DNA of 64,000 nt, from contig VMEM01000001.1 in NCBI GenBank assembly GCA_007375535.1, positions 103,462-167,461 of the forward strand, read 5' to 3'. The notes beneath the pieces are model-generated. The model saw nothing but the letters and a program-made list of their open reading frames with translations. It made no database searches and was not told where the DNA came from. Source of the stretch: Parcubacteria group bacterium LiPW_41. Lineage in GTDB: Bacteria > Patescibacteriota > Minisyncoccia > UBA6257 > GWB1-50-10. Below are positions 39,727 to 48,726 of the stretch, piece after piece. Position 1 is the first letter of the stretch. Every line of letters begins with the position of its first letter. Made by a program: the position numbers and the translations under genes.

Positions 39727-39937
39727 ACAATCGTTCATTTATACCTGTGGGCAAACGGATTCGTTTCTTAAACATTTAAAGGACTTTTTGGTTTCGGCTG
39801 GAAAACTCCTCGGAGACATCCGCTCTTTTCTCATGCTCATATGAGAAAAGTTTTTAAAACAAGCCTAACGGCGTGCTGCCCACAGATATAAGTGAATGAA
39901 AACCCCGCTGGTCCATGGACGAGCGGGGTTGTTTATT
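39727..39937 (+). ncRNA. Candidate structured small RNA (~210 nt; 6S-like or unknown) with its own promoter and terminator
   Basis: No ORF. Long-range closing helix CTGTGGGCA (39745..39753) pairing with TGCCCACAG (~39877..39885). Internal 10-bp hairpin CTTTTCTCAT-gctc-ATGAGAAAAG. Ends in terminator hairpin CCCCGCT...AGCGGGG followed by TTGTTTATT. Confidence 0.4.
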
Positions 39938-41624
39938 ACTTATTGATTTCTTTTAACCATTGGATTGTACCTGTTGCTCGCTCTACTTCTTCGATGGTTG
40001 TTATTCCTTGTAAAACTTTTAGGAATCCATCTTCTTGCATAGTAACCATTCCTTGGTTCTTTGCTGATTTAAATAAATCCATTTCTGTTGGGTCTTTATA
40101 AATAAGTTCACGTATTGCATCGTTTACTACAAATAATTCAAAAATAGAGATGCGCCCCTTGTATCCTAGTCCAGCACACTCAGTACATCCTTTTGCTGAG
40201 AACATGTGTGGGTTGGTATATAACGATTTATCTACACGAGAAGAGAGATTTTTTATAAATGAATCTATTCCCGATAGCACCCCACTAGAAAGGGGAATTT
40301 CTTCTTTACACTTCTTACAAAGTACACGAACAAGTCGTTGAGCAATAATAAGTGAAAGCGCCGGCCCCAAAATATTTGGTTTTGCCCCCAAATCAAGAAA
40401 ACGAGGAATTGCACCAATAGCATCATTGGTGTGAAGTGTTGAAAAAACAAGGTGACCAGTAAGAGAGGACTCGAGTGCAATCTCTGCGGTCTCTTTATCT
40501 CTGATTTCTCCAATAAGAATAACATCTGGGTCTTGTCTTAAGATAGATCGGAGTCCTGATGCAAAAGTATAATTAGCGTTTGAATTTACTTGGGTTTGTG
40601 AAACTCCATCAAGATGGTATTCGATAGGGTCTTCAACGGTGATTATTTTTATCTCTGGTGTGCTGACACTTTTTAAAAATGCATAGAGTGTTGTTGTTTT
40701 TCCTGATCCAGTAGGACCAGTATTTAAAATAAGTCCGTTTGGTTGGTCTATTGTTTCTTTAACAATTATAAGATCGTCTTTTCTCCACCCAAGATCTTCG
40801 AGGTTAACTTTAAGTGATAATGGGTCTAATATACGCATTACAACGGTCTCCCCATATTCAGAAGGAATAATTGAAGTACGAACCTCAATATCTCTATCTG
40901 AGAGTCCTATGGTGAACCTCCCGTCTTGTGGTTCGTTAGTAATATTAAGTTTTAGATTTGAAAGAAGTTTTATTCTTGTAATTACAGATTTGTAAACGTG
41001 TAACGAAAATTTATCAAATACTGTATGTAGTATCCCATCGATACGAAGACGGAGGATGCCGGTCTCATCAACTGGTTCCATGTGTATATCTGATGCTTTT
41101 AAAGCCATCGCTCCAGCAAGGATGATTTCAAGCATTTGAGATATAAAAGGGCTGGAAAAATTTGCAAGATGTGATTCGAGGTCTTTTAGTGTTTTTACTT
41201 CTCCTAAAATAATACGGAGATTTTCCTCGTTTATATCAACCTTTCCAGAAATCTCTTTTGTCTCTTCTGGGACATATTTATAGTATCCCCACCCATGTTC
41301 GAGACTTAGTCGAGATACAACATAAATTTCAACAGAAAAGCCCTCCGCCTTAAGAGATTCTATGATTGTGTGTGCTTCTGGGAGACGTGGGTCAAACGCA
41401 GCAACAACAATTTTGGTTTTGGTGATGTGAAGTGGTACAAGAAGGGCTTTTCGCGCAGAAATTTCGGAAATTTTTTGCATTGCCTTTAATTCTGTTGGTA
41501 CACGAGTAGAAACTATATCAAGATAATGAAGTCCAATTTGTGCTGCGCGGCGTTTTGCGTCACTTTCTTCGGCAAACCTACGCGCTTTCTGAAGTTGTTC
41601 TTGTAAAAGTTTGTTGTTGAACAT
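39936..41624 (-). CDS. pilB: Type IV pilus assembly / type II secretion ATPase PilB/GspE family
   Basis: N-terminal GSPII_E domain. Walker A NTGPTGSGKTTT, Asp box, His box, and C-terminal CxxC...C zinc motif. Confidence 0.85.
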   Translation of the reverse strand: MFNNKLLQEQLQKARRFAEESDAKRRAAQIGLHYLDIVSTRVPTELKAMQKISEISARKALLVPLHITKTKIVVAAFDPRLPEAHTIIESLKAEGFSVEIYVVSRLSLEHGWGYYKYVPEETKEISGKVDINEENLRIILGEVKTLKDLESHLANFSSPFISQMLEIILAGAMALKASDIHMEPVDETGILRLRIDGILHTVFDKFSLHVYKSVITRIKLLSNLKLNITNEPQDGRFTIGLSDRDIEVRTSIIPSEYGETVVMRILDPLSLKVNLEDLGWRKDDLIIVKETIDQPNGLILNTGPTGSGKTTTLYAFLKSVSTPEIKIITVEDPIEYHLDGVSQTQVNSNANYTFASGLRSILRQDPDVILIGEIRDKETAEIALESSLTGHLVFSTLHTNDAIGAIPRFLDLGAKPNILGPALSLIIAQRLVRVLCKKCKEEIPLSSGVLSGIDSFIKNLSSRVDKSLYTNPHMFSAKGCTECAGLGYKGRISIFELFVVNDAIRELIYKDPTEMDLFKSAKNQGMVTMQEDGFLKVLQGITTIEEVERATGTIQWLKEINK

Positions 41625-41744
41625 AACTATATGTATATTCTACCTATTTATTCTTTAACTTGACAGAGTAGGTAATAGCTTGATTTTTTTCTGTTTTGGT
41701 GGTATAATTATCTCATACATTAAATTATTAATAAAGGAGAGAAA

Positions 41745-42149
41745 ATGAAACGACTAATTGTATTATTCGTTTTTATATCAATGGTTTTCACTGGTTGTGG
41801 GTATATCTCTGTGGGTCTCCGTACTAATGTCCCATATAACCGGGGTGATGGAGTTGTTGTAACTTGCCCGGTTAGCATTGGGAAAATAGTATTGAAAAAA
41901 TACTCTCGGTTTACCGAAGGGCAGGAATACACGGTTGTTCCTGGAAAAGAAACAAAAATATGTGCCGATGGCACATTTTCAGACCAGCCTATGACCTTGG
42001 TTGGTTTCGTTTACAACAAAAAAGGTCAGATTGTGGGACGTGTATCTCGCGAATTCAGGTTTGACGGAAATTCGTTTGAGGTTCGTATTCATACGTGGAA
42101 TATCACAAACTGGGAGAGTACGCGAAGTGAAAATGACTGGTGGTGGTAA
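41745..42149 (+). CDS. Hypothetical lipoprotein
   Basis: Signal peptide with lipobox VFTGC (Cys18). 134 aa, ending in WWW. No recognisable domain. Confidence 0.45.
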   Translation: MKRLIVLFVFISMVFTGCGYISVGLRTNVPYNRGDGVVVTCPVSIGKIVLKKYSRFTEGQEYTVVPGKETKICADGTFSDQPMTLVGFVYNKKGQIVGRVSREFRFDGNSFEVRIHTWNITNWESTRSENDWWW

Positions 42150-42161
42150 AAAGTAATATTT

Positions 42162-42192
42162 GCCCGTGCATTATGCGCGGGCGATTTTTTTT
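42162..42192 (+). terminator. Rho-independent terminator
   Basis: GCCCGTGCA-tta-TGCGCGGGC hairpin followed by GATTTTTTTT. Confidence 0.65.
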
Positions 42193-42207
42193 GTTATCTT
42201 AAAAGCA

Positions 42208-43014
42208 ATGATTGTTTTCCTGTATGGAGAAGATGTATATAGGAGGGAGGTAAAAGTAAAAGAACTCCTCACAACAAACCGTGAAAAAAATAAAGACGCG
42301 GATATTAAGGTTTTTGATTTATATGAAAACAAAGAGGTGTGGAAAGAAGCGAGAGAGTTTCTTTCTCAACCTTCAATGTTTTCTGATAAAAAAACAGTAG
42401 TGATATATGGAAGTGGAGAGGCTGACATAAAAGAGTGGAGAGAACTACTAAAAAGAGAAGCACACACAAAAGAACATGTGGTAATTATTTCGGATGAAAA
42501 GGCACCCAAAAAAAACTTCTTATTCCTTTTAGGTCCAGATATTAAAACAAGCGAATACGCAGAGCTTGATGGAAAAAAACTCGAGATATTTTTGAGGCGA
42601 GAAGCAGAACAATTTGGTGTCCTTTTTGATGGTGGAGCGTGGAGTGTTTTTTTATCGCACATCGAGTCGTTTCCATTGCGAAGCGCTGCGGGTGTTCGCG
42701 AACTTGAAAAGTGTGCCCTGTTTTCAAAAAACGAAACAATAAACACAAAAAAACTACTTTCAATAATACAAACCTCAGAAACAAAAGATGTGTATGCTAT
42801 AGCTCGTTCCATTGTTTCAGAAAAAAAACGAGAAAAAAAGATGACTCTTCTTGAGTGTGCACTTCTTAACAAAGTTGACCCAGCACATCTTTTTAACACG
42901 CTTGTGTATGTGGTAAACGGAAAGGACGCCGAACGTCTTGCGAGCGCTGATATAAAAATAAAAAGCGGGAACGCTGAATACGAAGAAGCACTTTTTTCTT
43001 TTGTGTTAAATTAA
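42208..43014 (+). CDS. holA: Probable DNA polymerase III delta subunit (HolA-like)
   Basis: Begins MIVFLYGEDVY, typical of HolA, and is about 270 aa. The track ORF begins at 42160 inside the terminator, so it was trimmed to ATG 42208. Confidence 0.45.
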   Translation: MIVFLYGEDVYRREVKVKELLTTNREKNKDADIKVFDLYENKEVWKEAREFLSQPSMFSDKKTVVIYGSGEADIKEWRELLKREAHTKEHVVIISDEKAPKKNFLFLLGPDIKTSEYAELDGKKLEIFLRREAEQFGVLFDGGAWSVFLSHIESFPLRSAAGVRELEKCALFSKNETINTKKLLSIIQTSETKDVYAIARSIVSEKKREKKMTLLECALLNKVDPAHLFNTLVYVVNGKDAERLASADIKIKSGNAEYEEALFSFVLN

Positions 43015-43045
43015 AAACTCTCCATTTTGGAGAGTTTTTAATTAT
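43014..43045. terminator. Bidirectional terminator between holA-like gene and rpsT
   Basis: AAAACTCTCC-atttt-GGAGAGTTTT hairpin flanked by T/A runs on both strands. Confidence 0.6.
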
Positions 43046-43293
43046 TTAAGTTTTTTAGCGAGACGGGATTTCATGCGGTTTGCTTTTCCTTTTTTGATAA
43101 GCTTCACCTTTGCCATCTTGTCTATTGTTTTATAGGTTTCTGCAAGTTTTGTTTTTGCCTCTTCTTTACTTGTAGAAAGTGAACGAGAAAAATTCTTCAC
43201 CGCGATTTTAAGGGTGTTTTTTCGTGAAACATTTCGTGCGTTTCTTGTCTTGTTTTGTCGTAATGCTTTTTTTGCTGAACTTGTTTTTGGCAT
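43042..43293 (-). CDS. rpsT: 30S ribosomal protein S20
   Basis: 83-aa very basic protein with N-terminal SAKKALRQNKTRNARN, as in S20. Confidence 0.85.
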   Translation of the reverse strand: MPKTSSAKKALRQNKTRNARNVSRKNTLKIAVKNFSRSLSTSKEEAKTKLAETYKTIDKMAKVKLIKKGKANRMKSRLAKKLK

Positions 43294-43384
43294 ATCTCTA
43301 TAGCTAAAGTAAAGCGTATTTTTTATAAAATGTCAAAGTCCGTAGATGGTTTATTGGTTGTTTATTGTGGGGTATACTTATCGC

Positions 43385-43951
43385 ATGTGGTATTCCATTA
43401 CTGGAGAAGTACAAGAGAAAAAGAAAGGTTTTTTTGTCCTTTTGGTGAACGGACTTGGATATAAAATCTATACAAACACAAATACACTTGGTGTGGTTGA
43501 TGGAAAAACCACAGTATATACACACATTCATGTTCGTGAAGATGCATTTGATATATTTGGTTTTTTAACAGAAGAGACCCTCCTTCTTTTTGAAATGCTT
43601 ATATCTGTTTCTGGTGTTGGACCAAAAACAGCACTTGGGATTCTTGATCTTGATAATGTTTCGAATCTTACTGCTATCATTTTAGAAAAACGAGCAGATA
43701 TACTTTCGCGCGCATCTGGTATTGGAAAGAAAACAGCAGAAAGGATTATTTTAGAACTTCACACAAAAATGAAAGAGTTTGGGGTAGTTGAGTCAACCGG
43801 AAACCACGACGTTCGTAACGAAGTAGAAGAAGTTTTGGTAAATCTTGGGTATATTCGTGCTGTGGCACGTAAAACCGCACAAGAAGCAAAAGGAGACACA
43901 ATTGAAGAACGATTAAGAAATGCGCTTCGTTCTATCGGAACAAATAGATAA
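43385..43951 (+). CDS. ruvA: Holliday junction branch-migration complex subunit RuvA
   Basis: OB-fold N-terminus (MWYSITGEV...GLGYKIY). Two HhH motifs (VSGVGPKTALGIL, ASGIGKKTAERII). C-terminal domain III. Start trimmed to ATG 43385. Confidence 0.85.
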   Translation: MWYSITGEVQEKKKGFFVLLVNGLGYKIYTNTNTLGVVDGKTTVYTHIHVREDAFDIFGFLTEETLLLFEMLISVSGVGPKTALGILDLDNVSNLTAIILEKRADILSRASGIGKKTAERIILELHTKMKEFGVVESTGNHDVRNEVEEVLVNLGYIRAVARKTAQEAKGDTIEERLRNALRSIGTNR

Positions 43952-43953
43952 AC

Positions 43954-45207
43954 ATGAAAAAAATATTTTCTTTCTATCATTATTTGTGGGCTTTTTGGGG
44001 AAATATTATTTATGGGTTTCCAAGTAGAAACCTTTTTGTTGTTGGTGTTACTGGGACGAAAGGGAAGTCAACAACTTTGGAACTTATGAGCGCAATTATG
44101 CAAGAAAAAGGAGAAAAAACGGCGGTTCTTTCTTCGGTTATTAGAAAAGTTGGTGCTCACACACAGAAAAACAAAACAGGAAATTCAATGCCAGGGAGGA
44201 TGGCTATTCAAAAATTTTTATTTCAAGCAAAAAAAGCAAAATGTTCCTATGTGTTTATTGAGGTAACCTCTCAAGGGGTGGTACAACACAGACATAAATT
44301 TATTGATTGGAATGCAGCGGTTTTTTTAAATCTTTCAAAAGAGCACATCGAGTCTCATGGATCATATGAGGCATACCGCAAAGCAAAAATTTCGTTCTTT
44401 GAATATGTTGCACAATCAAAAAAGAAAAAACGAATTTTTATAGTAAATAAAGATGACAAAGAAAGCGCATTGTTTGCAGATGCAGTGCGTCATAATTTTG
44501 GAAACTCAATATTTTGGTTTTCAAAAAACGAATTTTTAAGGAAGATTTCTGATTATGTTGATATAACATCAGACAAAGCACGCGCAAAATTTAATGAGTG
44601 GATTTTTGCAGACTTTAACCTTGAAAATGCCGCAGCAGCAGCGACATTTTCAGAAACACAAAATGTTTCATTTGAAACTGTTCAAAAAGCCCTTTCAGAG
44701 GTTCGTGGGGTTTCTGGAAGACTTGAGGTTATACAAAAAAAGCCATTTTCGGTGATTGTGGATTATGCACACACACCAGACTCACTTGAAAAAGTATATA
44801 CAGTTGCACGAAAAGATTATTGTGTTGAACCAACAAATGCACTTGTTGCAATTTTGGGTTCTGCGGGTGGTGGTCGTGATAAGTGGAAGCGTATAGAAAT
44901 GGGTATTATTGCGGGAAAAATGTGTAATGAAATTATTGTTACCAACGAAGATCCTTTTGATGAAGATCCACTTGAAATTATGAACGAGGTGAAAAAAGGG
45001 ATATTACAATCAGGATTTTTAGAACAAAATCTAAAAATGATTCTTGATAGGCGAGAAGCAATTAAACAAGCACTAAAACAAGCAAAAAAAGGAGATGTAG
45101 TTATTGCGACAGGAAAGGGAAGTGAAGAATGGATTCGCTGGGAAAAAGGAAGAAAGGAGTCTTGGAATGAACGAAAAGTTTTTGAAGAAGAATTAGAAAA
45201 AATATAA
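43954..45207 (+). CDS. Mur ligase family protein (MurT/MurE/CapB-like, central + C-terminal domains)
   Basis: ATP-binding P-loop GVTGTKGKSTT. 417 aa, so it lacks a canonical MurC-F N-terminal domain. Confidence 0.55.
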   Translation: MKKIFSFYHYLWAFWGNIIYGFPSRNLFVVGVTGTKGKSTTLELMSAIMQEKGEKTAVLSSVIRKVGAHTQKNKTGNSMPGRMAIQKFLFQAKKAKCSYVFIEVTSQGVVQHRHKFIDWNAAVFLNLSKEHIESHGSYEAYRKAKISFFEYVAQSKKKKRIFIVNKDDKESALFADAVRHNFGNSIFWFSKNEFLRKISDYVDITSDKARAKFNEWIFADFNLENAAAAATFSETQNVSFETVQKALSEVRGVSGRLEVIQKKPFSVIVDYAHTPDSLEKVYTVARKDYCVEPTNALVAILGSAGGGRDKWKRIEMGIIAGKMCNEIIVTNEDPFDEDPLEIMNEVKKGILQSGFLEQNLKMILDRREAIKQALKQAKKGDVVIATGKGSEEWIRWEKGRKESWNERKVFEEELEKI

Positions 45208-45236
45208 ACCCCTCATCGAGGGGTTTTTGATTTTAT
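45207..45236. terminator. Rho-independent terminator (possibly bidirectional)
   Basis: AACCCCTC-atcg-AGGGGTT hairpin followed by TTTGATTTT. Confidence 0.6.
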
Positions 45237-45515
45237 ACTTCCAATATTCTCTTCATTTGAGTATATAGTTTTCCAAGAAGAGAATTCCAATATTTCGATA
45301 TTTTTTGCAGTTATTGCGCTCCAAAGGAGTTTTCTATTCAATTCCTTTTCCATGTTGTAATGGATAAGGAAAAGAAAATCATGGAGGTTGCTTGCAAAAC
45401 GAGTAAAATTTTCTATAGTGTGACAAACTTTGTTATTTGAAAGCACCGAAATTCTCTCACATCGAAATTGGAGTGTTCGCACACGTTTTTTCTTAAAACG
45501 ATTTTGAGAAAACAT
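45213..45515 (-). CDS. Hypothetical protein (100 aa)
   Basis: ORF only; no recognisable motif. Confidence 0.25.
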   Translation of the reverse strand: MFSQNRFKKKRVRTLQFRCERISVLSNNKVCHTIENFTRFASNLHDFLFLIHYNMEKELNRKLLWSAITAKNIEILEFSSWKTIYSNEENIGSIKSKTPR

Positions 45516-45619
45516 TTTATCCTCTCCGATTGTTAATATTATAATTATAACATAGATTTAATAAAAAATCAATATATAGGAGGTTTTGTCAAGTAATCCT
45601 GTATAATAAATGAGATATT

Positions 45620-46972
45620 ATGGCTAAACTAACATTCTGTGGTGCGGCGGGGACTGTCACTGGATCTAACTATTTACTTGAATCAGGAGATACTAAAATT
45701 CTCATTGATTGTGGGTTGTTTCAAGGTTCTCATTTTTGTGAAGAAATGAATTACGACCCTTTTGTTTTTAATCCAGAAGAAATAAATACTGTGCTCGTTA
45801 CTCATGGTCATATTGATCATATTGGGAGGATACCAAAACTTTATAAAGAGGGATTTCGAGGAAAAATTATTTCTACCGAACCAACAAAAGATATGGCGGA
45901 GGCACTATTGCTTGATACGGAACACATTCTTTTTGTTGAAGCCGGGAGACACGCGCCATTATATGAGGTAGAAGACGTTGAGAGGGTAATGCATTTGTGG
46001 GAGGGTGTTCCATATCACAAACATATAAACATTGGACCATTTCGCGTTGAATTTTATGATGCGGGGCATATATTGGGGTCAGCTTCTATTCTTATAGAAG
46101 TTGAAGGAAAAAAAATATTATTTTCCGGGGATCTTGGAAATGTGCCCGCACCGTTTATAAACCCAACAGAGCCAATTGATGGTGCAGATTTTGTATTAAT
46201 TGAGTCAACATATGGAAACAGGACCCATGAAAACATTGATAAGAGGAAGGATGAACTTGAAGAAACAATCAAGGAAACAGTAAAAAGGCGGGGAGTGGTA
46301 ATGATTCCAGCTTTTGCGCTTGAACGAACACAAGAGATGATTTATGAATTGAATGAGCTCGTAGAAAATAAAAAAATACATCGAATTCCAGTGTTTATTG
46401 ATAGCCCACTTGCTATCCGTTTAACTGATGTATATAGAAAGTACTCCGCAAATAAAATGTACTTCAACAAAGAAGCGCTCAGTCTTATAAAAAAAGGAGA
46501 TGCAATATTTAATTTTCCTGGTCTCTCATTGTCTTTAACTACCGAAGAATCAAAAGCAATTAATGATATTCCCGCACCAAAAGTTATTATTGCGGGATCT
46601 GGTATGTCACAAGGAGGAAGGATAATTCACCATGAAAAAAGGTATCTTTCCGATCCACGGAGCTCAATTATATTTGTTGGATATCAAACAGCTGAATCAC
46701 TCGGAAGAAAAATTCTTGATGGTGAGACAATAGTGAGAATCGCAAAAGAAGATGTGCCAGTAAGAGCTAAGATACGAGCTATTAGTGGTTATTCAGCACA
46801 CGCCGACCAACCACAATTACTACATTGGATTTCTGGGTTTAGCACACGTCCTCAGAAGATATTTGTTATACATGGAGAATTAGAAAACTCAGAAGTTCTT
46901 GCAACAAAGATAACCACCGAGTTCGGAATAGAAACACACGTCCCACAACAAAAGGAAGTCGTGATATTATAA
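45620..46972 (+). CDS. MBL-fold beta-CASP family RNA-metabolising hydrolase (RNase J / CPSF-like)
   Basis: HxHxDH motif (VTHGHIDHIG). Beta-CASP motifs and a C-terminal RNA-specificity domain. 450 aa. Confidence 0.75.
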   Translation: MAKLTFCGAAGTVTGSNYLLESGDTKILIDCGLFQGSHFCEEMNYDPFVFNPEEINTVLVTHGHIDHIGRIPKLYKEGFRGKIISTEPTKDMAEALLLDTEHILFVEAGRHAPLYEVEDVERVMHLWEGVPYHKHINIGPFRVEFYDAGHILGSASILIEVEGKKILFSGDLGNVPAPFINPTEPIDGADFVLIESTYGNRTHENIDKRKDELEETIKETVKRRGVVMIPAFALERTQEMIYELNELVENKKIHRIPVFIDSPLAIRLTDVYRKYSANKMYFNKEALSLIKKGDAIFNFPGLSLSLTTEESKAINDIPAPKVIIAGSGMSQGGRIIHHEKRYLSDPRSSIIFVGYQTAESLGRKILDGETIVRIAKEDVPVRAKIRAISGYSAHADQPQLLHWISGFSTRPQKIFVIHGELENSEVLATKITTEFGIETHVPQQKEVVIL

Positions 46973-46977
46973 ATACA

Positions 46978-47637
46978 ATGCCAAATACAAAAAAGAAAAC
47001 AATCTCGAGCCGTCCAAGAAAAACAACAAAGAAAAAAGATCCACTCGATCATCTTACTCACACACTAAGATATAAATTTTGTGTGTCCGGTGCCGCAGAA
47101 ACAGGACACTGTGCAAAAGACTCACAAAAAAAAGCCGAAGAGGTAGGAAAAGAGATAGCAAAAAGAGGACTTGTTTTGGTTACTGGGGCTACTACAGGAA
47201 TGCCATATTGGTCTGCAAAAGGAGCGAAGGCAGAGGGTGGTATTGTTATTGGACTTTCACCAGCAGCATCAAAACTTGCACATATAAAATCGTATCATTT
47301 ACCAACAGATCATCACGATTTGATTATCTATACTGGATTTGATTATTCGGGAAGGAATTTATTGCTTACTCGATCGGCTGACGCAATTATCACTATTTGT
47401 GGAAGGGTTGGGACACTCAATGAATTCACTATTGGGTTTGAAGATCACAAACCAATGGGTGTTCTTGAGGGCTCTGGGGGGACCGCTGATTATATTAGAG
47501 AATTACTAGAAAAATCTCATCGTGGATTTGGAAACGTGGTGTTTTCAAGTGATCCAGCAGAACTAGTTGAAAAACTTCTTGTTATGATTCATGAAGAAGA
47601 AGAAAAAAATGGAATTAGTGGAAGGTTGGCGGCATAA
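46978..47637 (+). CDS. SLOG/LOG-like Rossmann-fold protein (TIGR00725-like)
   Basis: LVLVTGATTGMPYWSAKGAKAEGG...GGTADY is characteristic of the TIGR00725/LOG superfamily. Confidence 0.5.
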   Translation: MPNTKKKTISSRPRKTTKKKDPLDHLTHTLRYKFCVSGAAETGHCAKDSQKKAEEVGKEIAKRGLVLVTGATTGMPYWSAKGAKAEGGIVIGLSPAASKLAHIKSYHLPTDHHDLIIYTGFDYSGRNLLLTRSADAIITICGRVGTLNEFTIGFEDHKPMGVLEGSGGTADYIRELLEKSHRGFGNVVFSSDPAELVEKLLVMIHEEEEKNGISGRLAA

Positions 47638-47640
47638 AAA

Positions 47641-48726
47641 ATGAACGCGGCAAAAAGAATTGGATTAATAGGCGTACTTGCAAGCACTATTATTGGCGCG
47701 GGTATTTTTTCGCTTCCTTTTGTTTTTAATGAAATCGGAGTTGTAAACGGGATTTTATTTCTTATTTTTTTTACTCTTGTATACACCGCAATACACATGA
47801 TGTATGCGACACTTGTTATAAAAAATCCAGGAATGGAGTTTGGTTCGATAGCGAAAAAATATTTTGGTCCTATTGGTGGAGTCATTCAGTGGCTAATGGT
47901 TGGTGAATTATTATTGGTTTGTCTTGCATATCTTATTCTTGCCCCAGAATTTTTTCTTGTTCTTTTTGGTGGGAGTTATTGGATGTATGTTGTTTGTTTT
48001 TGGTTTCTTGGTGTTCTTGGTATGTTACTTCCCATGAAGGGAATTGAAATATCTGAAACAGTTGGACTTATTTCAATTTTTGGACTTATTTCTATAGTTG
48101 GGCTCTATGGATTTTTATACGGTTCTTCAACACCTATAAACAAAGAAATAATAACCTATTCTCAGTTTTTCCTTCCATTTGGTCCGTTGTTGTTCGCATT
48201 TTCCGGGAGACCAAGTATTAAAAAAATTGTTGATGCGTTGAAAGAAAAAAAAGATGTGTATTCAATTATTGCGTGGGGCACTGGGATTCCAGCCGTTCTT
48301 TATGGAATATATACACTTGGTATGCTCCGTATGTATACCGCTAGTGATGGGATAATAGGAACCATATCAAATTTTCCATGGATTATTCCGTCTGCGCTTG
48401 CTGTTTTGGGGGTTGTTGTTTTGTGGACGTCATATTTTATTGTTGGAATAAATGTAAAAGATATTCTTGTCTATGACGCTCGTTTTAAAAAAAGAATAGC
48501 ATTTTTGATTGCATCTCTTGTTCCGTTGTTTCTATCTTTTTTGGGTATACGTGACTTTATTAGTGTAATAAGTTTTATTGGTGGAGTCTTCTTAGCTCTT
48601 GAGGGGATATTTATCGTTCTTATGTGGTGGAAGCAATCACAAAAAAATATATATTTCTTTCTTTCAGTTTTTATTTTTCTTGTATTTTGCGCTGCATTAA
48701 TCCAAGAGATTATACTATTTATATAG
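47641..48726 (+). CDS. Amino acid permease-like transporter (AAAP/APC superfamily, ~10 TM)
   Basis: GAGIFSLPFVF motif and a polytopic hydrophobic profile. Confidence 0.55.
   Translation: MNAAKRIGLIGVLASTIIGAGIFSLPFVFNEIGVVNGILFLIFFTLVYTAIHMMYATLVIKNPGMEFGSIAKKYFGPIGGVIQWLMVGELLLVCLAYLILAPEFFLVLFGGSYWMYVVCFWFLGVLGMLLPMKGIEISETVGLISIFGLISIVGLYGFLYGSSTPINKEIITYSQFFLPFGPLLFAFSGRPSIKKIVDALKEKKDVYSIIAWGTGIPAVLYGIYTLGMLRMYTASDGIIGTISNFPWIIPSALAVLGVVVLWTSYFIVGINVKDILVYDARFKKRIAFLIASLVPLFLSFLGIRDFISVISFIGGVFLALEGIFIVLMWWKQSQKNIYFFLSVFIFLVFCAALIQEIILFI

Noticed and set aside
39727-39937. Possibility that the candidate sRNA is SRP RNA (ffs) or RNase P RNA
   Set aside because: I could not find the conserved domain-IV GGAA tetraloop with the AGCAG/AGG asymmetric loop of SRP RNA, nor the P4 GGAAAGUCCGG-type sequences of RNase P. 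The length (~210 nt) is also wrong for RNase P. Identity is left open.
45516-45619. TTGTCA...TATAAT motif upstream of the beta-CASP RNase gene as a promoter
   Set aside because: The spacer between the hexamers is only ~10 nt, so it cannot function as a sigma70 promoter as written.
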